Positions 47,306 to 60,256 of a stretch of 64,000 nt of DNA are shown here, one piece after another. Each line of letters begins with the position of its first letter. Position 1 is the first letter of the stretch. Below the pieces are notes generated by a model. It was not told the DNA's origin, did not search any database, and saw only the letters and a list, made by a program, of their open reading frames with translations. The translations under genes and the position numbers were made by a program. Source of the stretch: Eutreptiella sp. 'Long Island Sound 2002' (Eukaryota > Protista > Euglenida); assembly GCA_964036045.1 (NCBI GenBank), contig OZ038378.1, positions 55,366,001-55,430,000 of the forward strand. The letters are read 5' to 3'.

Positions 47306-50300
47306 TGACCTACTGGGCATTGCAGCAGCCCCTTATGTTCCTCCTTTTCTTGCTTGCAAGGGCTACGGTCCCCCCAGACCATTAACCCTGATTGCCAACC
47401 TCTGTACCATATTAACTGTCCAAAAACCGCTCATTGGCTCCCGGGGGAGCAGCAAAGGTGGAGTCGGTTTGCCGATGGGCACTGGCAGTTTATTGTCCTG
47501 TGCTTTGTGGAGGCGTGCCCTACGGACCATGTGTGTGGTTCTGGGGGAGTGTGTATGGCAGTTCGGGGCAAGGGGGAGTATCTGCTTCCTACAGCAGGGG
47601 AGTGCGTATGGTGGATGTGGTGTCAGTGTGTGTGCATGCATGCATGCATGCGTGCGTGTGTGTGGGGGGGGGGGGGGTTACGGGAGAGGGGGGGAGGGAT
47701 GGGGTGTGGAGGTTTTCCAGCTGAAATCTCTCTGACCTGATCTGAAGGCAGCGTCCCCTCACGCGTCTGCGTTGAGCTCTTGCATGACCTTCCGCAACCG
47801 TATGTGCAGCCTTCTGCTGCCCCCGTCAGCCTGTTGTGTGCCCACGCTGTCACTTGGAATAATCATGCACTCATGGCTGCAAGTGTCTGTGGCGTGGACC
47901 AGCGGATGAGTCAACCAGTTCCAACCACTGAGCCCGCGGCTGAAGGAGGCACCCATTTACCCCAAAAAGGCAAGACCCCCCCCCTTGCCGTCCCTAGCAT
48001 GAGCCTAACCCACTATCCAGACCAAGAAACATTCAATAGTGTAGGCCACGAATTTCAGACAACATGGGGCGCTGGAGCAGCAAGTCTCATTGAGCCAGGG
48101 AGGCACCCAATGCAACATTCTGGCCGAACCCGAGTGATTCAGTGGATTGTTCATGGCCTTCCCGCTGCAGTTGTAGGTCTCATATGCACCAAGAAGGACA
48201 TGGAACCTCATCAATACTGTTGCATGCATTCGAAAATTTGAAACTTTCAGGTCTGGCTTGGCAAGAACTCAAGCTTGGGCAATGCATTTGCACCTCACAA
48301 CCTCTTGAATACATGGCCATTTTGCGTCTTGTTTTGTCCCTTGTTTACATTGATAGGACTTCTACGGCACTATCTAACCATGCAGTGCTAACATTGTCAA
48401 CATTGCCAATCATAAAAACTCACTAAGGATGAACCTCAAAGCCTTGGAATATTTATTTTTTCTAGCACGTGCCTCATTTCAACACACGTGGCGTCAAAAA
48501 GTACTGCAGCCGGCAAGTGGTGTTCACGTGGGGCACCAAGAAGTATGTCATGGACAACCAAAACAAGAAAAGAAACAAGAGGCATAAAGAAGTGCCAAAA
48601 AAAAGGGCTGGGGTCGACTGAAAATTCCAATGGCAAGTCTATTGTCCATTACACTCCTCCCCAACCACACAAATAGGCCATGTACGAGGACAATATGTGT
48701 TTGCTGTAACCCGTGTACTTTCTGTTTCCTTGTTGTAACACGGGTATGGAAATAAGCGTCATCCTTACCTTTTTTTGTTTATGTATCCCGCATCAAAAGG
48801 GGAAAAAAGTGTAACCTGCTTATTTCACATGCGGGTCACACCACAAAAAAGTACATGGGTTACATTTTTTTTCCAATATGTGGGTCACACGAGAAAAAAA
48901 AAAAGCAAAGTGCATGGGTTACTTAAAAAAAAAAGGTACATCCTTTAGGCTTTTTCTCCATCCGGTGGTTTGCGTGAAAACCCACGTTCTTTTTTCTTCC
49001 CCTTATTTGGTATCCCTGAGAGGGCTAGGGTTATGTAGCCATTGCCCATATTTGGGCCCCCGAGACACCAGGGGTGAGGCAGCCACTTCTGATTTTTTTT
49101 AACTAGGCTTCAGCATGGACGGTGACCCGTATTGCCCTCCTTTGCCTTACCATTGGTTGCCATTGGTTGGATCAAAGAGGTCCCACCCAATGGCCTCCAA
49201 CTCCACACTACGGATGCCCATACAGGCCGGGTGCAATACATGGCAAAAAGAAACCAATGGAGCCCCTCCCGATCATCACTAATGACAATCATGGTGTGAT
49301 AGCAGTGCCAACCCAAACCCACACTGAACCCTGTCTCACCAGGTTCATATGCCCTCATCTTGCAAAGCAAGGACAAAATGAAGGCGGCTGCCATGGTCTA
49401 TGCACAAGGCTCATCCACCTCTACATGATACTCTTGGGTTGGCCCCTCCGCGCTCAAACAGCCCCCCTCTACTTCTCCCGCACAGGTGGAGGATACCATA
49501 AATGGTGATCAAGCCTCTAAGCATGAGGGTCAAACTCCCTCCTCCTTAGGCGGGTCTAATGCTGCCAGTGCAGAAGATACCCTTCAACGGGTACATATAT
49601 GTGGAGACTGGTTCACGGTTCTAAAGGGGCAACTCGTGAGTTGGAGAGTGACCAACTCTTTATTGACGAGCTGACCTAGCAGATGCAAACGGCTATTTAT
49701 GACGGTTGTGCACTAAACTCCAGCCCTCATGCCAAGTAAGACGACACCCAATCGTAGCATACCTACAAGAGGGTGTTCTGCAATTAGTTGTAGTGTTGCA
49801 CCCTTGGTGATTTTCCAATGTTATTTGTTTTTTTCTGCCTTCTTCGGGCGATGAGTATAAATTCCCATAAGTCACCCTTCACGCCACGGCTCCAATTTTT
49901 TTCCCCATGCCGGGGGTACCCTGTGTATGTGGGGGCTATATGCGTCCGCTCCTCCTATATCCGTTGCATTGTTGCAATATTGTTGTTGTTCTCCTTGTTT
50001 CCCGGAAGCAAAGAAGGTACACCATTGGTGGGGGACATTGTGCGCGGGTTACACTAAAAAACAATCATTTTTTCCTCTTAATTTGTTTCTGCATATACAT
50101 GACAAAGAAAAAGACCTGGGTGACACTTTTTTGCATACTTGGATAATGGCAAAAAAACCTAAGTGCACGGATGACTCTGTTTTCCATGCACAAATTACAT
50201 TTTGAATGGACAACATACTCCGTAAACCACCTCCCTTACTTACATTTTGTTCACCTCATCTCATAATCAAACACAACACCCTTTGCATAAGATGCGGTTG

Positions 50301-53300
50301 CCATCAATCGGATGTAAAACATCAAAATGCATGCAAAGGATGCATGTGTTGTTGTGCAGATCATAGCCACAGCAAATGCCTTGGGGAGGTATTGATTGGT
50401 GGGGGGGGGGCTCAGCTGTAGTGCACACGCCGTGCAAACATTTTAGGCACGTGGATACCATTCCCTAACCCGTGTCACAAATTTTCACCATGCATTGCCC
50501 CTGTTTTGTACAAATTGTTTGCAAGTGAATGCCCTCATTTGTGATGTGTGTGTGGGATCTTTTTTTTTTGCATGAGTTCCCCCATAAGCAATTTGTTGCC
50601 CAACCCTGGGGGGCAGTGTAGGTGGGGTGGAACCTTTTGGTCCTGGGTTCTGCATGTTAATGCTATTAGGCATTTCGCAACCACAATGTCCATGGATTGG
50701 GTCACACCTAGCATGGCTAGGTGCAGCAATTGCTTTGAAGTGCAAGAAGTGCCGGCCTATATTGTGAATAGCCCTAGCCCCAATAATGACGGGCCAACAT
50801 CTCGTACATGCACATAGTGACAAATGACACTGCCCCTATTGTGTTGCGGAGTCCCTCTCCTCAACTCTTGTGTGAAGACGATGCTAGTCTTTGTGATATC
50901 ATCACCCAATTGATGAAAACATAGTAGATTAGTCTTAGACGGCGCAAGTTGCCAACCTAGGTAAATCACCGCAAAGCACCCAAAACTGGCCATTTTGGCT
51001 TGTGTGAAATATCAAGGCCCTTTTTTAAGGTCTCATGAGGTGTACCTCATTTTGACCACTTGGGAACCTATTTTTCATGGTTCGCTACCTGTCCGTACAA
51101 AACCAGCTGGTTGGGTGGGGTCACGTTTTAGGTTGCAGTATACACATTTTCCTTTGTGTTGTGCATATGCCGTTCCCATGTGTATCTGTCATGCGGAATT
51201 TCAAAAAGTGTCTGAAACCCGACACTTTTGAAATTCCAACCCTGGCAAACCCATTTTTGGAGGTGTTTGTGTCTTATTTCAGACAAATGAAGCAATTTTG
51301 TACCCTTTCACGGGAGGTCTCATTGGTTGTCCACCTCTAATGTCAAAACTCATCTTTCAGCCCCCTTAATATTGCAAAGGTGTCTAGTTCTAGACACTTG
51401 AATCTAATTACACCATTTTCCACACACATTTTATTGGATAGTGTCTCGTTGCAGACACTCTTCATCATTTCTTTGGCCATGAGCAGGGATGTTCTGTTGC
51501 CGTTGGCGGTTTTATTTAGTATGGTTTTGTTCCCCCGTTGATGAGTCACGTGCCGGGTATTGTAGCACATCCTTTTGGTCTCCTACGTGATTTCTTACGA
51601 GGAGCTAAGTATGGTACACCGATGGAACTGATGGATGCCGCGGTACGGGACGAGGAGCCTGGGGCAGCACTTCGTGTGGAGTTCCGTGCACAAATGAGGG
51701 TCAACGGACAAACAAGACGTAATATGACCACATTGGCTGCAGCTCCTCATCATTCACCATGGCCAAGGTAGTATGGAGTGTTTGCAGCCGGGTGTATACA
51801 ATGCGGCAATTGTGCAAGAAGATGGCTCTGCCCGAGGAGAAGGCTGTTGGTCCCCACATAGCTGCATCAAGGGCGATGAGGAGGTTGTTGTCACGCGCGG
51901 GTCTTGCTGCGGACCGGTTACCGCCTTTGGCGCAACAGGCCCATGCGAGAACAAAGGCTGTCTAGAGATCAATGGAAGGGAAGCAAGCGCTAGTGGCGTA
52001 TGGCAACTGGTGTCACTGACGGTATTGAAGTGATCTGGTACGACCTACTTGAGGTCTGAACGTCACTACCATGTCATGTCTTCTTCGCTCCACGCTGTCG
52101 ACCTGGCATGCTCAAGAATAGGTCCGAGGTCTAGTTGAAGGTCTTCATTTGTGGGTATGCCCGGCACCTGGATCCGCGACGAGTCAACATGGCCTCCAGT
52201 GCCTCCTCGGCGTAACAACAACCGGGGACGGCATCATTCTAGGGTAGCGTGAATAAAAGGGCAACACACAGTGTGCGTGCGTAGGGGACGTTGCCATTGG
52301 TGTCCATGGTCAATGCCACAATCAATCAATCAATACCAAGCTCAACTCCACTATTTTGCTTGCTGTACGGCCCGTACCAGCCTGGCGACCGTCCTAGTTG
52401 CAGTCACGGACTAGATTACCCAAGTGGAACGCAACCGGAATGTAGAAGTGCAGAAGGTCCTTCGGTCCAATCAACGAGGCCAGGGGTACCTTGCGGGCTG
52501 CCTCCGGGAAAGCCAAGCCTGCCTCCTTGTGTGCAATATGGTTCTCAACATTGGATGTTGCTAGCATTAGGGCATAAAACTGCTTCTCAATGTGTAGTAC
52601 CTTTTGGTGGCACAAGATCTCCTGATCGACCGTGGGAAATTGCTGTCCAAGGTACCCCAATATGGGGAAGAACTTGCGGTGTATGATGGTGCACACATAC
52701 TTAAACGGGTGCCAACGTCCATACAGCATTGGTAATGTTCATAGTGCTCGGCTAACTTGAATGGGTTGTATGTACTAGAGTACGGGAACTTGGCTAGTCT
52801 ATAGAATATATTTTCATCCATTAGGAGAGGCATGACGTGGCGGGTGTGAACTTCCATGCCCAGCCCAGGCAATGTTCCATAATGTGAAGCAAGTCCTCAT
52901 TTGAGCTCGAGTTTCGACCAAATCAGCCTCTAGTGGATCTCGCCTCAAAGCTTCCACTGCTCGTGGGAACTCCCGATAAGTGGATGCTATTGCATGTGCT
53001 TCCTCCAGGAGGCGTCAGAGAAAATCATCAAGTGTGGGGAATCTTGGGTACATGGCAATCTCAGTTGTATGGAGTACCAACAGTGGGTTGGTTGCAATTA
53101 TGTCCGGAAAGCTGCACAGATTCTTGTTGGCAATCGCGACAAACTGCATGGGGCATGTTGAGTCTATGAGTGGGCAGAAAGCCACGTTCTCCTCGGTTCC
53201 CGAGGACATCAAAATTTCGACACCACCATCGGATAATGGTGCGGAACCTCTGTACCACACACTCCTCACTAGATCCTTGTCTACATTGACACGTGCCGCA

Positions 53301-53745
53301 CGCACCACCACGGATGGCGTCTTGCAGTTATTGAGGACGATGGTACCGGGGGCGACCCCGTGATCATGGTGGCAGTGATGCCGAGCATCAGCGGGTGCGG
53401 GATGCAGCACTTTCGGTGGACGACGACGATGATGAGGCATTGGATGCAGCCATTGTCTTGGATTACACTTCACACCGGTCCGTGACACACTTGATAGTGG
53501 ATGCGGACACTCAAGATGATGGATTAGCACCTGTTGTCCTACTTGAAGAAATGGAGGAGTTGGAGGTTGTGAGTGTTGGTGACAATGCCTTGGGGTGCTA
53601 CACATGTCGCAAATTGCTTTGCTTCTTATGTCCAAATCCCTACCCATTTCCCACAGGATTTAGCGAAAATACCCGGGTATACGCGCCGGGATTTGGAAAC
53701 ATCGCTGCCAAAATGCTTAGGATAAATCCCAACTCGAAAAAAAAA

Positions 53746-53912
53746 CGCTCGGGATATATTCTGTGGCCGCTCGGGATATCGCTTGGGATTTATCCGGTGG
53801 CCGCTCGGGAAATCGCTTGGGATTTTTTCCGGCGGCCGCTCGGGAAATCGCTTGGGATTTTTCCGGTGGGCGCTCGGGATATCGCTTGGGATTTATCCGG
53901 GGGCCGCTTGGA
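53746..53912. repeat. 34-35 bp tandem repeat, about 5 copies
   Basis: Unit ccggtggccgctcggga(t/a)atcgcttgggattt(t/a)t. Confidence 0.88.
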
Positions 53913-56244
53913 TCCTCCTCAGGGATTTTTGCCAACGTGCCTTACCCAATCGGTAGGCGTTTTCAGAAAAGTCAAGTCAGACCCAACCCATTGAACACCC
54001 CACGAGATGCATTTCCCAATGTGCCCAACTCACCATCATTCCTTTGTTTGGCGGATCTTTTGCTACATAACCCCCACCCTTAACATCCCTCCTCCCTCCA
54101 CATGCCCTGCCCAATGTGCACTGTGCATCACCATTGTTGTTCTTCACAGATGTTTTCTTGACCGGAGAGCCCCTTAGGTGCCGGCCACGTCCGATGAAGG
54201 TGCCTATTTGTACGGCACTGGAGGGACGGGGGACCATGGACATATAAGGTAAGGTAAGGTGAGTAAGCCCAGGAGGGGCCACCCTCTGGTAGAGTCAAAC
54301 CATGATTGTTGTGGAGGTGACTGATTGTGCACGGTTGTGCACTGATGATGGTACCTGTACATGCACATGACGTATTAAAGGGTAGGCCACGCGTGGTGCG
54401 CTCGGTAAACCCTTGTTTAGGTTACCGAGGGGCTCCGCCCTACGTTCTATAAGAGAACGGGCAGAGTTCCTTAAGCTTGCTTTCTTGGAGGGACCTGTTT
54501 CGGGGCAGTGTATTATTTTCCATTCGAGGACCCGTATGATATAGCGAGGGTGGTTAGGTTCCAATACCCGAAACAGTGCCCGCATGGGTATCTTTCAGGT
54601 GGTGTAGGTCAGGGTGATTGGTGCACTTCGCTGTCTTCGAGAGCGCATTTTTTCGCCCAACAAAAAGGGCGCTGATCACACCAAACATTGGGAAGAGAAG
54701 ATGCACAACGACTTCGCCTTGGACGACATGTACTCACGTTGCGCCGCAGTGCACTCCTTCCCTCCAAGCCTTGGCAGGGGTACGCGTAATGGCGTCCCTT
54801 TTAGGCCACGGCCGCTTAGCAGCGCTGTGTTTGCTCGCAATTTCGCAGGTAGGCCACTAGGGCCTTCGACTTGTTGAGCTGCAACTCCAAGTAGCGTGTG
54901 TGTGTGTGTAGGTGTGGTGCCCCCCCCCCCCCAGGACAGTTTGCTGCAGGTCCCCCCATCAGGGGGGACCCTTTCAGTTAGTTACAGGCACACATACCCC
55001 TTAAACCTCCCCCCCCTGCTCTCGATCCCTTCACCGAAGCAAGCAGCCCCTGACAAGGAAACAAACAAAAGTCAGTTAAACACAGGGGGCCACTGACAGC
55101 AGCGCTTTGCGAATTTTCTTTTTTCATTTTTGGCGAACCATCCTTTTTCAGTTAAACAGGTGCTGTCTGATGGCTGGGTGCCTGGGCAGGCAGGTTTCAC
55201 CTTCTTGCCCTACTGGGGGGGGAGGAGAGGACGCCCAGGCACCCAAGGGGTCCAAGAGAGCAGGGTGGGCTTTAAAAATAAAAACTTGTCAGTTCCTCTC
55301 CTACCCTCCCGCCTGGGCCAACCCCGCCTTCTTGCCCCCTGCCTCCGGGTTCCACGCATTTCACGACTTTAACAGGTTAGGGAAGTTGCAGACAATTTAA
55401 ATTTTTTTGTGCTGTTTGTGTGAGGTGCTTTGGCGCTGGTTTCACTAGGTGGGGGGGATTGGTCGCCAGCCAGCTGCTCGACCTCAACACGGCTGCAGTG
55501 CGCTGAGGTGGGCGCCGGTCCCGCGAATAGATCGTGACCTGCTGGTTCTTACGAACCGCGTCCGTATCGCGGATAAGGCAGTCGGTTTATGTTCGCCGGG
55601 TCTGCGTCCACCGACCCTGCCACAGCGAGGTCGACCAGGAAGGTTGGGGCCGTCCTGCGTGGCCGTCATGGGCTGCTCGGACATTTTCCACAACCCGACG
55701 TTTTGTCCATTGTTTCCGCTGCGTGTTTCTCTTTGTGTTGAATCGAATACTAGACTGATTTTTCAGGGCCTATAGTGTTGAGTGGGGGGACATAAGAAGG
55801 GTGAGCAACTGGATGTTTTGCTATTGCATTAGTTTTGGATTTGTGCTTGCTATGCCCCACCTTGTCCTGTCCTCACATCCATTGAATGGATGTTTCAGCA
55901 ACAATTGCCCGATTGGTTGTCACCACCATCACCCCCAGCACCCCAACCCCAGCCTCTGACTGTGACATCGCTGCCCAGCCCCCCATCACCCCCATCACAC
56001 CGGACTCCGTCACCCATACCCCTTGTGCCCCATGCGGTTTCCCCTCCAACATCACCTTCCCAACTACCCAGACCCCCCCCCGAAATTCGCCCTCGCACAT
56101 GTCCCCACCCCGCCCCTAGCCTCGGGTAGTGACCCCGTTACCGCCCGGACTAAACAGCTCCTGCGGCTACCCCTGCCGGAGCTGGACAGTCGGTTCGACA
56201 TGGGATGGTCACGCTACGCGTTTGCCCTGTGCCGTCATGGCATT

Positions 56245-56298
56245 AGTTGTACAAGCAAAACAAAACTCATTCAAAGGCCATATGACTTCCTGGTGCGC
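56245..56298 (-). repeat. Split direct repeat B2 (3' terminus of the element)
   Basis: Identical to 56505-56558. Confidence 0.95.
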
Positions 56299-56409
56299 AG
56301 CACCTCGATGTCATGAGAGGCGATCACCTCCATAGAGACTCGTACAGCCACAGTATGGGTGGGCGGGTGGGACCCCATCCCCCTGCAACCCCCCATGGGC
56401 GGGTGGGAG

Positions 56410-56558
56410 GGCCCTGTTATAGTTTATAAAATTCTGAATTGAACAGGGCATCACAATGAACAAAACAAAGTATGGTGTACAACTACTCTTACTGGGGAAA
56501 CAGCAGTTGTACAAGCAAAACAAAACTCATTCAAAGGCCATATGACTTCCTGGTGCGC
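56410..56558 (-). repeat. Internal B1-A2 junction (circle-junction-like)
   Basis: B1 and A2 overlap by the 3 bp AGT at 56505-56507. Confidence 0.93.
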
Positions 56559-56803
56559 GGTCTTTGTGGTTCAGTCAGCACCATGCCATACTCCAGCGAC
56601 CAAAGATAGTTTTATGGCACCCCGCGTAGTCACGACACCCCTAAGCACAGACACCGTGGGAAACGCCGCAGCGAACTCGCCACAGGCACTCCAGCCAACA
56701 GGCGTCCGGCCAAGGGCACATGGTCGCGTGGTCGTGGATAGGGACCTGTTGAAAAATGGCAATAGGCCCCCAGCATCCCACCCTGTGAAGCGTTCCGCCA
56801 ACA

Positions 56804-59619
56804 CTAAGAGACAGCCCCCACAGGACACTGTGCAAGTTGTCTGTCCAAAGCAATGCGTCCCTTGGGCAAATCTGCAATCCATACAGGGCAAGGGAGGGCG
56901 GGAAAAGCCTGCAAGGAACGAAACCTGTCCCAAGCTGCTAACCCCACCGCAGCGAAGTCGCCGCCGAAATCACCGTCAATACGGGAGAAACAGTCCGCCG
57001 GGTTGAGATCACCTGGGACCCATTCGAGAAAAGCAGTCAAAGCAGACCTCTGGAGCAGGTAAAAGGCTCTGCGCAGGTTCCTGTTATGCCTCTTTAAACC
57101 AGACCGGGCGCGCATCCCCGCCAATTGGCCCAGGGAGGAGGCATTGTTCCCAACCATCCTGAAGACGGGCCAGCCCACATTGACGATGAAATTAAGGCCC
57201 TGGACCAGAGAGTCGAATTTGCCTCCTGCTGCGTCAAAACCTCGAGCCCACAGCGAAAAACCCTGCCCCGCAGCGCTTGACCCCAGAGACCCACCTTGAA
57301 GCGGTCCAAATCGAAGGCCGCGTCGACAAAAACTAGGCCTCTGCCCGCAGAAGAGGGGGAATGGACACGTCTCGGGGTCCAACCACGTCGTGACATGACA
57401 AGGCAATGCAGGAGCCTATGCACGAGCTTCAAGGGGGTGGAAGGCAAAAAGGAAGAGCCCCACATGACATGTGACCACCACCCAGCCAAAAAGGGGCAAG
57501 CGCCCACCTGGGGTCTCAGGGCCCATGAAAAACGGCCTATAACCCGCCGAGCGAGCTTCCGGGATAAAGGCAGCAGCGCCACGCGCAACCATAGACCAAG
57601 CAGGACGATCCATTGGTTGGAGACCACAAATACGCCCTGTCCCGCTCCCGACGGCACCAATTTCTTACCCAACCAGACAATGGACGGCACAGGCTCAAGG
57701 ATGCACTTGGGGCTGATGATCGCCCCTTCACGACCCAACAGGTCACAGAGGCGCGCCGCCGCCGAACGCACGTTGCCTGCCCCGAAACCCAAAACGAGAA
57801 AATCATCGAGGTAGTGCAAAACCAAGACCGAAACCAAATCCAGCCCTTGTAGCAAGTAGCCTAACACGGTCTGGCAAATTACCGGAGAGTATTGCCATCC
57901 AAAGGGCAAGCAGTTGAAGGCGAACGTCTGTCCGTCAATACTGACCCTGAAGGCCTGCCTGAAGTCATCTGGCAAACGCAAAGACCTGAATGCATTCTTT
58001 AAATCAACATGGCATGCCAGCAGGGGGGGCCCCTCAGGTGCCTCCAAACGCAGGTCATCGAGTGCGCGCAAAAAAGGGTCGCACAAATAGCGGCCCACGT
58101 CCTCAGAAAACGCAAGACACCCCTGGCCCGCCCGCAAGTAATGCAACTCAATGAGGAAAGCCAAATCCTCCACCACCGGGAGGGTGAAGGACGGCGGGCG
58201 GTTGGCATGCTGTTTATTGAACTGCACTAAATGCACTATCATAGATGCTTTCTCCGAATTTTTGGGAACTGGGAACAGCCAGCCATTAGGGGGAAGGTTG
58301 GAAGGGCACCGTGTCAAAACGCCATCCCGCACCAGGGCTCTAGCCATCACCAAACCCTCAGGGGAAATACTGCGGATGCCCGGTAACGTGCGCGTGGACA
58401 CCGACAGGACATCATTTGGGGCCACTGCGTGCCAAATGAAATCCGGGATGCGAATGCTACCCACCTCCCCAATCCCCCTTTCCAGAACATCCAGGGACAA
58501 CCCCACCAGGATCGGCTTTGGAGACGTCGATTCACAAAAAACCACCGGCCAAAGGTCTGGCTCCAGGCGGCCAAGTGCTGCAATAGCCGCCTCCAGAAAA
58601 TCAAAAACCCCCAAATCCCTCGCCACCATATTACCCCTCATCAATAATAATCGGATCCGGGACCTGACGAGACCCCTGTCCGCGAGAGGCACCCTTAAGC
58701 CTTCGGACACGCGATCCAGCCATTGCTGTCCCCGGCGGGAGTTCAACAGGAGCTCCGAGCCCTCTTCCTCGAGACCGCAGGCGAAGAAGTCCAGACCCGC
58801 CGCCTCCTCCTCGCACAACGGGGGCGGCTCGTTGGTGGTCCCGGGCCCGACCCCTGAACTTCGCGGCGACGGACTGGCGTTGGGGGGAACCGCTGGCCCC
58901 GATCGACGAGCCTGACTCGGGGGCTTGTGCGGTGGTGGAAGAGTCGGGGGCAACGCCCCCCCCCGTCGGACCTCCAGGAGGGGATTCTCGGGCCGGGGAG
59001 GGCGGATCTGTGCGGCGTTCTGTGGTCGATGCGGACTGCGGGGTAGCCACCGACGGACCCGAGGGGGTCGACTGTCCTTGTTTCCGCGAAGGCTGGCGAG
59101 GCGGCGCGGGTCGTGAAGGTCGCTTGGCGGTCGGCGGCTGCATAGCGTCCCCGGAGTCGTCCCCTTCCACCACTGCCTCGGAACCTCTGTCGCGCTTCGA
59201 TCCGGTGGCCGGGAGCTTAGCGGGCCTCTCGTCCGGCAAGCAGAGACCCATGAGCGATGACGGCCAGAACTCGGCTGTGTCGGTGGTGATCCACTTGACC
59301 CCCTGACTCGTTGGCCACGGCAGGCGTGAGCTCGAGTGGAAGGTGAAGTCCTCTGGTGCCGCTGCGTAGAAGTGCGCCATGCGCACACTGGCCCAGCGTC
59401 CCCACCAGCATAGGTAGCGCCAGGGGAGGCCACGGAATCGGAGGAAGGCAGCCCCCGCGCGACGCCACGAGTGCCAGCGGTAAGCCGCGTAAGGGCTGCC
59501 TTGGAGCAGTCGGGCCATACCCTCTTCGAGGACGGCGGCCCTGTCGACCATGACGTCCGGTCCAGAAAACCGGGGCCGCAACCAGTGGGCCCATTCGCCC
59601 GCAAAACCGCCGAGGTCAC
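56804..59619 (-). CDS. Reverse transcriptase-RNase H with a 1-nt frameshift near 57220
   Basis: RT motifs FPVPK, HVDLKNAF, LPFGWQYSP, HYLDDFL, WLG. RNase H starts VFVDAA..QQEA and continues in the 56804-57406 frame (..VG[N]NASS..WVPGDLNPADCFSR). Confidence 0.92.
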
Positions 59620-60226
59620 GGGAAACCCAGCGCGAGTCCCGTTTTAGGCCCCAGAAAGCCACCGCCTTCCCCCGCAGGCCGGAGCGCCGGACAGACGCGA
59701 TTTCCCCCACGCGGGTGAGGCTGCTGAAGGAGAGGACACCGGCGACGAAGACAGCCCAGTCCTCCGGAGTCTGGCAGGCCTCGGCCATGACCTGCAGAAC
59801 ATGGGGGCCTGCGTAAGGGCGGTCTCCCGGGGTAGCCACCGGCGCACGGGCGAGGCGCCAGAGGCGTTCCCATTGTAACGGCGGTATCCATCCCATGACC
59901 CATACAGCGTGTAACGCCGACACGGCGCCCCGCAGCGTTGCGGGTCGATATCCCGACCGGAAGAGGAGGAGCAAAATACTCTCCGCCAGGCTCTGCGTGT
60001 CCCCCGCCGGTGCCGACCCATGGAAGAAAGCGATTCGTCGAAGGTGTGAACCATAGGAATTCCGTGTCCCCTCCTTCCAAGTGCTGATGAGGCATGTCTG
60101 GACGTCGTTCGCTGGATCCGCATACCCGAGCTCTCGCCACAAGGCCGCGATGGACCTCCAATCAATGGTTTTTCGGACCCACTCCGAAACCGGCGCCACT
60201 GCCACCGCCGGACTCGCCAGCTCCAA
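58631..60226 (-). CDS. Tyrosine recombinase
   Basis: Catalytic R-H-R-Y series: SSLTRVGE, HSWRRAGA, GRW, HFY. N-terminal helical core-binding-like region. No ATG near the start. Confidence 0.92.
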   Translation of the reverse strand: MELASPAVAVAPVSEWVRKTIDWRSIAALWRELGYADPANDVQTCLISTWKEGTRNSYGSHLRRIAFFHGSAPAGDTQSLAESILLLLFRSGYRPATLRGAVSALHAVWVMGWIPPLQWERLWRLARAPVATPGDRPYAGPHVLQVMAEACQTPEDWAVFVAGVLSFSSLTRVGEIASVRRSGLRGKAVAFWGLKRDSRWVSRDLGGFAGEWAHWLRPRFSGPDVMVDRAAVLEEGMARLLQGSPYAAYRWHSWRRAGAAFLRFRGLPWRYLCWWGRWASVRMAHFYAAAPEDFTFHSSSRLPWPTSQGVKWITTDTAEFWPSSLMGLCLPDERPAKLPATGSKRDRGSEAVVEGDDSGDAMQPPTAKRPSRPAPPRQPSRKQGQSTPSGPSVATPQSASTTERRTDPPSPARESPPGGPTGGGVAPDSSTTAQAPESGSSIGASGSPQRQSVAAKFRGRARDHQRAAPVVRGGGGGSGLLRLRSRGRGLGAPVELPPGTAMAGSRVRRLKGASRGQGSRQVPDPIIIDEG

Positions 60227-60256
60227 GATCGGTTCCAGCCCCCCCGGCGCGTCTCG

